Part shown: positions 13,814-24,860 of the stretch, piece by piece
Layout: each line of letters starts with the position of its first letter
Position numbering within the stretch: the stretch's first letter is position 1
From: Octopus vulgaris
Taxonomy: Eukaryota
DNA: 64,000 nucleotides
Direction: 5' to 3'
NCBI GenBank assembly: GCA_951406725.2
Contig: OX597816.1
Coordinates: forward strand, 120,466,001-120,530,000
Notes under the pieces: model-generated
What the model saw: the letters and a program-made list of their open reading frames with translations, nothing else
Databases searched by the model: none
What the model was told of the DNA's origin: nothing
Made by a program: the position numbers and the translations under genes

Positions 13814-14396
13814 GACGGCGGCGAACTGGCATAATCGTTAGTACGCCGGGCGAGATTCTTAGCGGTATATCGTCTGCCGCTACGTTCTGAGTTCAGATTC
13901 TGTCGAGGTCGGCTTCGCCTTTCATCCTTTCGGGGTCGATTAAAATAAGTACCAGTTACGCACTGGGGTGGATGTAATCGACTTAATCCGTTTGTCTGTC
14001 CTTGTTCGTCCCCTCTGTGTTTAGCCCCTTGTGGGTAGTAAAGAAATAGAAATAGGTATATCGTCTGCCTTTACGTTCTGAGTTCAAATTCCACCCAGGT
14101 CGTCTTTGCCTTTCATTCTTTCGGGGTCGATTAAATAAGTACCAGTTACGCAGTGGGGTCGATATAATCGACTTAATCCGTTTGTCTGTCCTTGTTTGTC
14201 CTCTCTGTGTTTAGCCCCTTGTGGGTAGTAAAGAAATAGGTATTTCATCTACCGTTAGGTTTTGTGTTAGAATTGTGTCGAGGTCGACTTTGCCTTTCAT
14301 CCTTTCGGGGGTCGATAAAATTAGTACCAATTATGTATTGGGGTCTTAATCCCTTCCACAACATCTGAGACCTTGTGCTTCTAGTAGAAAAGATAT
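13814..14396 (+). mobile_element. Trimeric family-1 SINE with an 11-bp TSD
   Basis: One tRNA head plus three body units (~185-bp period). Flanked by AGCCCTGAACA at 13803-13813 and 14397-14407. Confidence 0.9.
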
Positions 14397-14616
14397 AGCC
14401 CTGAACAATCAGACTAATGAGGCATTGCAAGCGTGACTATCCCTTCTTTGTCCTACGTGCAGAGTTTCTTGCAGGTTGAGCGACCTCCTAGAAATAGCAG
14501 ATATTTTCACTTGCTCAAGAAGGGAGTGATTCTATATGGAGGAGAGGAGTCTTGACTGTGTATAGCGTAGTATCGGCTGGGTAGGTACACATTGCTTTCA
14601 TTATTACTACAATGAA

Positions 14617-15018
14617 CTCCTTCTTCTGCTCCTCCTCTTCTTTCTTCTCGACCTCCGCCTCTTCCTTCATGTTTTTCTTATTCTCCCTCTTCCCACTTAC
14701 TCCTCCTCTTCCGCCTTGTTTTTCTCCTCCCTTTTCCTATTCTTCTTCCTCCTCCCTATTTTTCTTCTTTTCCCTCTTCCCCTTCCCCCTCCTCCATCTT
14801 GTTTTTCTTCTTCCCCCTCTTCCCCTCCTTCCCCTCCTCCTTGGTCTTGTTTTTCTTCCCCCTCTTCTCCTATTTCTTCTCTCTCCTCTTTGTTTTTCTT
14901 CTTCTCCCACTACCTCTTCTCCCTCCTCTCCTTCTTCCGCCTTCTCTTATCCCTTTCTTTCTTCATCGCCTTCTCTTCTTCTTCCTCCCCCCCGTTTCTC
15001 CCCCTTCCCTTCTTCATC
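14617..15018. repeat. Polypyrimidine low-complexity tract
   Basis: About 400 bp almost entirely C/T on the + strand. Confidence 0.9.
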
Positions 15019-15446
15019 GGCCATGCTGGATGTTGCGTACATTGTTAAATTTCAGCATTGTGCATTTGTGCTTCCGTTAGAAGAGACGTAATACAAAGTA
15101 GTGCACGCGTGTGTGTACACACCGATGATGATGAAATGAAATCTCTTTGGATAATTATACGATATTCCGTCATATAAGAGGACTTAATAAGGAAATCAAC
15201 TGAGAAAAAATATTCAGTTCAGTTCCGGAGTTTCAAAGGAGTCTGATAAGGTAGTGCTTAGTGTTTGCATATGCGAACTGATAGATGTAACTGTTTATAA
15301 TTCTAACGCTAATCTGATTTCAGTTGGTGAAGAAATCTCAAAATCCAGAATTGCTCATATTATTAGTTACATTCTATCAAGTCTTACAGTAATCTTCTGT
15401 GATTGCTTTGAAGACAAAAAAGTAAAAAAAAATAAAAAAATTCAGT

Positions 15447-15630
15447 AGTGGTGGCTGTGTGGATAGGCGTAGGAGTGGGTGTGTGGTAAGTAGCTTGCTC
15501 ACCAACCACATGGTTCCGGGTTTAGTCCCACTGCGTGGTACCTTGGGCAAGTGTCTTCTACTATAGCCTCGGGCCGACCAAAGCCTTGTGAGTGGATTTG
15601 GTAGACGGAAACTGAAAGAAGCCCGTCGTG

Positions 15631-15695
<65 letters not shown>

Positions 15696-15905
15696 ATATA
15701 TGTTTGTGTGTCTGTGCTTGTCCCCCAACATCGCTTGACAACCGATGCTGGTGTGTTTAGGTCCCCGTAACTTAGTGGTTCGGCAAAAGAGACCGACAGA
15801 ATAAGTACTAGGCGTACAAAGAATAAGTCCTGGGGTCGATTTGCTCGACTAAAGGCGGTGCTCCAGTATGGCCACAGTCAAATGACTGAAACAAGTAAAA
15901 GAGAG
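15447..15905 (+). mobile_element. Family-2 SINE (CORE-like) with internal (TA)n(TG)n
   Basis: Head GGAGTGGGTGTGTGGTAAG...GGTTTAGTCCC, CORE-like CCTTGGGCAAGT, conserved tail ending ATGACTGAAACAAGTAAAAGA. Confidence 0.9.
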
Positions 15906-16431
15906 TAGTAAGAATTTCTTCTTCATACAAAGTACAAGTCTAAACACTTTTGATTTTTGTTTTGCGCTTATAACATTTGTGTATTTCTGTACGTTTTCAA
16001 CAAGACCTAATATGCTCTACTTTCAAAAGAGATTTTATTTCAAAACTTTCAGTATTATGGTGATGTTTTGTAAATTGAACTTCAGATTAACTTTTATTTG
16101 TGGCTTCGCTCAATACCTATCTTTTGTTAAGCTCTTTAACACTCGAAAAAGACTGTAAAAGATTTCCAAGGAACACCAGCTTCTGTTGCACCTTTGTGCC
16201 ATTTCAGAAAAACGTAGATAATATGTAGAAGCACAGTCTAATGCATCTTTACTTTGTTTTAGTTCCGTGAAGACGTTGTCATGGACATAGATCACCCCTG
16301 CTGTTAAATTTACTATTGGAAATACGTATTTGCCCCTGTGCCGGGAAGTTAATAAGGTAGTGATTGCATATATGGATTTATATGTATAACATCGTTCCTA
16401 TTTCTCGTGTTAATTAGATTTTTGCTGGGGA

Positions 16432-16561
<130 letters not shown>

Positions 16562-16914
16562 CACACATACATCAATATGTGTATGTGTTTAAATTAATAA
16601 TTGACTGACAAAAAGAACAGGAGTTATGCAATCCTTTTCATTAGTTTACAGTTGTTCCTTCTATCATGAACCCTCTACTCTACGTCATTCTAAACAACAA
16701 CCACGATAGCTTTCTGTATACTTTATTAAAAAATCAACTGCTTATTGGTACCAATATGGCCAAACAGAATCATAATGTATGTGTATGTGTGTGTGTGTAA
16801 TGAAAAAGTGGTCATAAATTGTTAACTGACAAAGGTAATTCAAATCACATTCATTACTATAGTAACTCATCCTCTATAGTAACTCTTCTTCCTGTTCTTC
16901 ATTAGAAGCATATA

Positions 16915-17420
16915 ATGGGACCCGAGCAAAAAGCAACGTGCCGAGATTGAGTTCTTGGCGAAAGATGGATACATGCTATCCGATATCTACAGAAAGCTGT
17001 AGGTTGTCTACGAATATGATAGTATTGTGCACAGATCAGTTGCGATCATTGTCATGAATCGTCAGTGAATGGACGAAATGATTCGTGCGGGCAGATGAGT
17101 CACAACTCTTGAGCTTGTTGCACAAATGACCTCTGGTCACAATACATTATAGATGATGTAAGACTTTCGATAAATGGATACTGCAGTAGTTAACATAAAA
17201 TTTGTAAGAGAGAAGAGCAGATTTCTGCTAGAATCATTTGAAGCCAATGAAAACACGTTTTTTTTTCTTCCCTAATTGATGATTGGAGACGAAACGTGGG
17301 CGTATCTTTATCATCTGGAAACGGAGGTTCAGTCCATAGAATGGCGTCTCACCTCTTCTCGGATGTGTAAAAAGTTCGAGAGCCAGCGGTCAGTACAGAA
17401 AGCCTTAGTGGATGTTGTTT
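16915..17420 (+). mobile_element. Degenerate mariner fragment (N-terminal HTH to first D)
   Basis: KQRAEIEFLAKDG...DIYRKL*VVY and IGDETWAYLYHLETEVQSIEW..S...KKF motifs. Confidence 0.7.
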
Positions 17421-17459
17421 AGACTGACAACGGTGTTATTCTCCAAATTTGGTGATGTA

Positions 17460-17830
17460 GTACCCCTTGGAAGATCTTCGGACACCTCCATGAGCTAGGC
17501 CACCAGTTCGGCCTTGGTGTTTCAAGCAGAGCAGTTGTATTTTTTAATCGCACCCCACATACAGTAATCCATGGGATGGCAATCAGAGAAATTAGGAGGC
17601 CAGAAATTGGTGCAGGTGAAGTCGTAGAAATTCTCCGACAACCGCTGCTGACTCTTTCCGGGGGAATAGCAAGGAACCTAACCCGACTGTTACATATATG
17701 GTCATATAGCAGCAAACCTCTGCGCAGCAGCTCTACATAACCTCTGATTTAAGCCGAAGACTCTATTCAAATGTGTGGGACGGCATGATGTTCCACTCAA
17801 AACACCTATATCCCTTCCTGCTGTCCACAG
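17460..17830 (-). mobile_element. Tc1/mariner-superfamily (maT/DD37D-like) transposase fragment
   Basis: Minus frame ENFYDFTCTNFWPPNFSDCHPMDYCMWGAI corresponds to the WPPNSPDxNPxDYxxWG catalytic motif. Confidence 0.7.
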
Positions 17831-17979
17831 CTTCTTAGTCTTCGTTGCAGCTGTCCTTGTCATATCTTACAGCCTTTACAGTGTAAACAGAGCATTAAAC
17901 AGCTATCATGATGTTAGTGTTTGGATACCCGGCGCGAATTATCATGATAAAGGTAACTCTTTCTTAATATTCAGATGGC

Positions 17980-18200
17980 TTGAGGCGGTGAGCTAGGAGA
18001 ATCGTTAGGGTTCCGGAAAATGCTTAGCGGTATTTCGTCCGTTTTCACATTCTGTATTCAAATTCCACTGAGGGCGACTATAGATTTCATCCTTTCAGGG
18101 TCAGTAAAATAAGAACCGGTCGAGCACTGGGGTGATATAATCGACCTAACCCCTCCCCCCAAAATAGCAGGCCTTGTCTGAAAAAATTTGAAACCACTAT
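17980..18200 (+). mobile_element. Family-1 SINE
   Basis: GGCGGTGAGCTAGGAGAATCGTTAG head plus family core and tail. Confidence 0.8.
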
Positions 18201-19586
18201 TCCCGTCCTCCATATCAACTAATTTTTTCTGAACTAGAGCTAATCTTTTTGCTCTCCAACGCCATTCACTGTTCACCAATACATCAGCCGTTTCTGTAAA
18301 AAGGAAACCTAAAAATCGTCAAATTTAGTTTGAACACACTATATATGTATGTGTGTGTGTGCGTGCGTGTGTGTGTGCGCACATATGCATGTATATATTT
18401 ATATTGATACACACAAAAAATAGACAAAGTCGGCATGACTACGGAAACTACACGACGTGCTAAAGGGCAAAAGCTCGCTCGATCTCGATTTTCACTATGA
18501 AATTCAATATGATGCTCAAGTTAAGAAAGGAATGTTTTCAGTTAGCAAGTAACACAATTTAAGAAACTAGTTGTGTGTACTTATTCCTAAGCTCATAAAT
18601 ATTTATTCCGAATGCATTGAATATCAATACAAAATGCCATTTATCTAATTTAATAAAAACGTAAATATAGTTACATATTTAAAGGGCACCTAACTTCTTA
18701 TCTTCTTGAATAAATGCGCCCTTCAGAAAATTTTATCAAGCAAGGAGCAGAACAATGGCGCACATCTTATAACATAATACATACATACACACAGACACAT
18801 ATATCGTATTTGATATATATCATACGCACACATGCAAATACACGTGCACGCGTACGCACGTACAGACACACACACACACACGCGCACGCACATATATTAG
18901 TGGTCCTAATTACCTGCAGGCGATTAGCATTCATTCTTAGGGTGGAGGGAATAAGTTCAATAAATCGCGAATTTACGTTGCGTGGCATTTAATATAACCT
19001 CATTCACCTTTGTTGTTCAAATACATGCCATGAGCTATTTTCATTTTCGTTTGCATCACTTGTACGCGCGCACGCACAAACTCACACACACACACACTCA
19101 TATGTATGTGCATTCACACAAATACAGGCACTCATGCATAAACGAATACACACACACATACATACAAATATGTACAACCAAGCCCAGAGCGGAACTGAGT
19201 AGATAGTCAATTTTTGATGTAATAAACATTTCAATCTACTCTCCCCAACATACTGAGTTCTATATCAGATAATGTTTGGGCTACATAAAATATGTGATCG
19301 TGGTTTCAATTCCTGTTTCAATTCCTCGTTCAGTTCCTTGGTGTGTTGTGTTCTTGAGCACAACACTATATCTCACATTGCTCTGCGATCACTTCAATAC
19401 TTGACATGTGGTACATCGTGCACTTGTTCAGGCAACGTCTATTCGATAGATGGAGTGAGCATACATCCGATCACAATAAACAAATCATTTCTGCAGGTTG
19501 TCCAGCAAGAAATTGCAGGGCCGTCTTTTTCGGACTAGGAAAGACTACCATCAAAAACAAAGTATGTTTTTAATATATTTTACAAC

Positions 19587-20105
19587 TAAGTCGGTGAGCT
19601 GACAGAAACGTTAACACGCCGGGCGAAATGCTTAGCGGTATTTCGTCTGTCTTTACGTTCTGAGTTCAAATTCCGCCGAGGTCGACTTTGCCTTTCATCC
19701 TTTCGGGGTAGATAAATTAAGTATCAGTTACGACTTAATCCGTTTGTTCTCTCTGTGTTTAGTCCCTTGTGGGTAGTAAAAAATAGGTATTTCGTCTGCC
19801 GCTACGTTCTGAGTTCAAATTCCGCCGAAGGTCGCCTTTGCCTTTCATCCTTTCGGGGTCGATTAAATAAGTACCAGTTACGCACTGGGATCGATATAAT
19901 CGACTTAAACCGTTTGTCTGTTCTTGTTTGTTCCCTCTGTGTGTAGCCCCTTGTGGGTAGTAAAGAAATAGGTATTTCGTGTCTTTACGTTCTGAGTTCA
20001 AATTCCGCCGTGGTCGACTTTGTCTTTCGGGGTTGATAGATTTAGTACCACTTACGTACTGGGGTCGATGTAATCGACTGGCCCCTTCCCCCAAAAGTAG
20101 GGAAG
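19587..20105 (+). mobile_element. Trimeric family-1 SINE with a 15-bp TSD
   Basis: Same head plus three-unit architecture as 13814-14396. Flanked by AATATATTTTACAAC at 19572-19586 and 20106-20120. Confidence 0.9.
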
Positions 20106-20629
20106 AATATATTTTACAACGCTTACATTACGACAGGTGTGTATGTATGTATAAATAATTCATTGTCAAGAAAAACATTTTAAACTACTGTTTGTCTTAA
20201 AAACGCAGGTGCATTTTCAACCCCCAAACCGTTTGTGTGCGTGTGTACGTGTATGTGTGTGCGCGCGTGTGTTATTGTCTCTATACACACATATTTATTA
20301 TGCATACATACATATATTTATGCGTACAAACGTATATATATACAAATACAACGTTCCATCAATCCACCCGTGAATACATCATAGATACATAAATATATTT
20401 TGCGATTCATTCTTTGGTTATTTGACTTTATTAATTATATGGCAGTCAAACAATATATCGACACATGTTGCTGGCTTGATAATGATTTCGTTTCATATGG
20501 AAGTTAGCAAATGTGAAGGCTCGAGGTGATTACGAGACAGAGCATTAATGAATTAAAGTGATGAAACAAAATAAAAATATAAAAATTTATAAAGAAAAAC
20601 AGAAAAAGAAAATGTTCATTTTCCGAGGA

Positions 20630-21545
20630 TACAAGATTTATTTATCCCTATGCCAACCGGGAATGGAAGTGGGGGTGGAACTGCAGTATTGTTTCGGAAA
20701 GGTTTGGGTCTGAAGATAAGGGCTATCTTCTTGGACCCAGAAAGTAAATTGGTGATTTTTGATGTGAACAGTAGCGACGGGTATGCTTTCAGATTGGTGG
20801 CTGTTTATGCTCCGACATGGACCAGTCACCCGGATTTCTTCAGATCTCTGGAAGTTATCCTGTGAACGTCTCAACCTTTAGAGCTAATGGGTAACTTGAA
20901 TGCTAGCTTCAAAGGATGCAAAAGCGTCGCAAACCTGCTCAGACGTTTTCAACTATTTGACAGGTACTGACTGAATTTCCTGAAAGTGCCTGTGGACGAA
21001 CCGCATCGGGTTATCTAAGTCATATCTAGATTTAGTACTCTTTAGGCCAATAGATAAAGGTAGCATAAATTATTCACTTTTTAAAATCGTCGGCTACACA
21101 AATTTGTGATCTGCGCTGACGACTTAGATAAAATTTTTAAGTAGGGACCTGGCTACCGGAAGCTGAACTTGTCACTCCCAGCATGCGAGGCTTACAAAGA
21201 CCGGATTACATAATTAGATAAGCGGGCGTTGATGGGATCAAGCGTTAACAACAAATGGAAGATTGGTCTGAAAAGGGCAACTGGAATAGAATCCATTAGG
21301 CTAAGTAAGACAGAAAGAAAAAGAAAGAAAATAGAGGCCCGTAAGAAAGACGTCGCAACTGACGTACACGCGGTGAGATTGGTCCTTGACCAATTATTCA
21401 AAGCTAAGAACGAAGGATGTAATGTGAGAGCTAAAACTCGTGCTCTAAGAAATGAGGGAACTAAAGCCGCTCGATGGGCCGAATCGTGCCTTTTCCAGTA
21501 CAGTCCCCATGGTTTTTTGGTGAAGCCTTAGTGGTAAATAAAAAC
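20630..21545 (+). mobile_element. Tx1/L1-clade LINE fragment (APE endonuclease region)
   Basis: GGTAVLFRK...DPESKLV...RLVAVYAP..FF..L, then SYLDLV and GPGYRKLNLSL (the GxGxWKLNxSLL motif), with many stops. Confidence 0.75.
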
Positions 21546-21572
21546 ATTATTATTATTATTATTATTATTATT

Positions 21573-21946
21573 CAGTAGTCTTATTTTTATCACGTGCTTT
21601 CACTCCACTACCGAGAGCAGCTCTGTGTACCTTGGGTATGTGCTGTGGTTTGTTATGATGCTCTTATTGTTACTGTACTGAAAGTGTTTTTCGAAGGATG
21701 TGTGCTGTGCTTATTAGTGCTATTTTCTGTTTGTTATATATATTTGCAAGACCTGGTGTATTTGTTATGCAGTTATGTATTTGTCTGAATTTTTTTTTTA
21801 TCATACCTAATGCGCCTACTACGATAAGAATTGTTTCTGTTTCTAAACTCCACATTTGAATATTTTGTCTTGTGAAAGTTTCTCTGTTTCTTTTAGAGAA
21901 ACATAGCCATCTGTTAAAAGTTTCTCCATTTCTTTAAGAGAAACAC
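21573..21946 (-). mobile_element. Dong-type LINE 3' end between (TTA)n tracts
   Basis: Reverse complement of the 3' UTR at 36770-36869. ETILIVVGALGMIKK...KIALISTAHILRKTLS. Confidence 0.9.
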
Positions 21947-21951
21947 TGCTA

Positions 21952-22004
<53 letters not shown>

Positions 22005-22006
<2 letters not shown>

Positions 22007-24860
22007 ATAATCTTATTCTTATTATGCCTTCACTGCACTACCGAACGCAGCTGTGTGTACCTTGGATATTTTCTTTGGTTTGTTTTGGTGTTGTTATTTT
22101 TACTGTACTGAAAGTGCTTTGCGTAGGATGTGTGCAGTGCCAGGTAGAGCTATCTTATGTATGTTATATATATATATATATATTCGTAAGTCATGGTGTT
22201 TTGGTTATGCGTTTGTCTGTATGTTTTTTAATCATATCTAATGCACTTATCATTATAGGGATTGTTACTATTTTTAAGCCCCACATTTGGGTTATTTCTA
22301 TTTCTAGATCTTTGTATTTTGAGAGTTTCTTCACTTCTTTTAGAGATACGTCGTTATCTGTTGGAATTGGCACGTCGATTAGAAGGTATGCTTTTCTTGA
22401 TGATCTTTGACAACTATATCCGGTCTATTAACTTTGATCTTTCTATCTTTGTGTATTGGCATAGCCCAGAGTATGGTTGCTTTGTCATTTTCTGAGATCT
22501 TTTCTGGGATATGCTTGTACCATCTTTCTTCTGTGGTCATTCCATCGTGTTGGCATAGCTTCCAGCGTATATAGGTCCCAACTCTGTGGATATATTCCTT
22601 CTTAGCTATAACTGGACAACCAGAGTCAATATGATTTTTTCTTTCTTCCCCCATCACATATTCTGCAGCTACTTGTATTTTTCTTCATTATGTGTTTCTG
22701 GTGGGGAGGCTTTGGCCTTGTGCCGCAATTAAAATCCTTCAGCATCTCAACCTTTGTTGGGATTTTACTTTGTCTATTTCTTTTCTGTTTAGCTTATCCT
22801 AGTATTGTTCTGTAAGTGGTTTCTTGCCATCGTTTTATCATGGTAGTTTGTTGTACCAGTTTAGATTTCAGGTGCTTTACAGCTTTTGTTGTTTGCCCTT
22901 TATCTTCATAGTTGTCAGGTACAATCATCTCTGTAGTAAAGATTGTTTGCCAACATAACATAGCAGTCCTGGTTTAGGACTAATGTTGCTGTAATTTTAG
23001 CCACAGGAGACATCGTCTCCAGCTGGCTATACGACACAATCTCTGTCCTTATATTTTTGAACAAGGGAATCTAGTATCCCCTCCTAGCTCATAACAATAT
23101 CTGTATATCACGATTTCTGGGTTATTTCTCATGATCAGTACAGAATAATTGCTCAGCTAATTCCCGTTCGAAATATATAGTTTTCCGTGACAACTAATCA
23201 CTGATTTATAAATTAGAAAATTACTATTTTTAAAATCTCACAACGGGAGATATTCAGCAACAGTACTTTGTAGTAAAGATTGTTTGCCAACATAACTTAG
23301 CAGTCCAGGTTTAGAACTAATGTTGCTGTAATTTTAAATATTGTTTTGAGCTGAGTGGAGATGCTAGATTCCCTTGTTCGAAAATGTAAGGACACAGATC
23401 ATGTCGTATAGCCAGCTGGAGACGATGTCCCCTGCGGCTAAAATTACAGCAACATTAGTCCTAAACCAGGACTGCCATGTTATGTTGGCAAACAATCTTT
23501 GCTACTAAGTACTGTTGCTGAATATCTCACGTTGTGAGATTTTAAAAATAGTAATTTTCTAAACTATCATCTCTTTCTTGTAGTTTTTGGCTAACATTAA
23601 TTTTGTTTTGCTCTTGTTTTGTGGTAATTTTACCAGTTTTCCTTGGTTCTGAGTTATTTCTGTAATCCTGTAGTAGTTATTTTATAGTATTTTTTTAGTT
23701 GTATAAGGCCTCTACCACCTGCAATTCGTTGTATATATAACCTTTCTGTAACAAGTTTAGGATGGTGTATTCTAAATTCCATCATTCTTTTTCTTGTTTT
23801 CTTGTCTAGTTTAGTTAGTTAATTTAGTGTCCAATGAAGAATATTTGCCTACTAATTTCGTTAAGGATTGACAGATTCTTTTATTTTCTTTTTTTTTTTT
23901 GGTGGTGGTGGGGGATATTATTTTTCCATAGCGGTTTTTTGTGACACTCCTATTCGGATGGGTTTGAGGGAACATCAAGTTATTTTTTGTGGTCTCAGAG
24001 GCTGCTGCATATATTATTTCATTTAGTCTGGTCATATTGTCGTTATTTGTTTCTGTTGTGATTAGTTCTGTGACAGCCGGGTTTATGCTTTCTATTATTG
24101 TTGCTGTTTTGTTATCAACTTGAATGTTTGGCAGGTCCAGTCGGTGTTCCGTATTGTGTTCTGTGGTCTTTAATTCCTTGATTATACTCATTTTTAAAGA
24201 ATCATAATCACGGTTTTCGCCTTCATTGTTTTCAGTTTTTAGTTTTGTTCCACATTCCTACCCGTTTATATTTTTGGCTGTGGTGTTCTTGTTTGGTGCA
24301 TTTTGATTATCCTTATGCATTCCTAGGGTTTGGGTTTGTTGTGTTTCGTTTCTACATTTTTGCTGTACATGTTACGTCTATTTTCGTGTTTTTCAACCTC
24401 AGTAGTTACATTATTGATAGGTTGTTGATCTATGGGCACTATTTGCGTTTTCGTGACGTATTTTTCCTTTTAAGTGCTCTATTTCGATTTCTGATATCTT
24501 TTTTGTTTTGGGAATGTATCTCCTTATGTTGACTAGTTTGTTAGGGTTTATCAATATATCTATCTTTGGGTTATTTTTCTTCCAGATCTTATATGTATAT
24601 GATGTTTTAATTTTATTCTGTGGGTAGAGCACTGCTGTAAAATAAGTTTCTATGATAGAAATTTATTCCTCTTGTGTTCATTTATGCTTTTTTGGTTTTA
24701 TTTGTGTGAAGTACACACTTTCCGTTTGTTATTCTTGGACTGAATAATACAGGTATTATTTAATTTAGCGTTTACTTTTTTGTGTATGATGGTTAGGACC
24801 AGAAATTGCCTGTTGTTGATTTGAACCGTAATCTGGCGAGCATGTTTACATGTGTTGTGC
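22005..24860 (-). mobile_element. Dong-type LINE with the RT core deleted, interrupted by a fold-back insertion
   Basis: N-terminal Myb-like block (IIETYFTAVLYP..YTYKIWKKNNP..NPNKLVNIRRY) is joined near 23850 directly to the thumb (NILHWT..LDKKTRK..HHPK). CCHC and RLE (RPDIV, KLSKYKDL) follow. Ends at (TTA)n. Confidence 0.85.
22933..23565. mobile_element. Non-coding fold-back insertion with a 9-bp TSD
   Basis: ATCATCTCT at 22924-22932 and 23566-23574. Segment 23338-23565 is the inverted copy of 22933-23100 and of 23212-23337. Confidence 0.85.

Noticed and set aside
13865-14240. Repeated ~185-bp units resembling a CRISPR or satellite array
   Set aside because: The units are SINE bodies with no unique spacers, there are no cas genes, and the context is eukaryotic.
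16238-16362. Possible host exon (CTAAT..pyrimidines..TTTTAG acceptor at 16262, AAG|GTAGTG donor)
   Set aside because: All three frames stop quickly (best FREDVVMDIDHPCC*) and there is no recognisable homology. RNA-seq would be needed.
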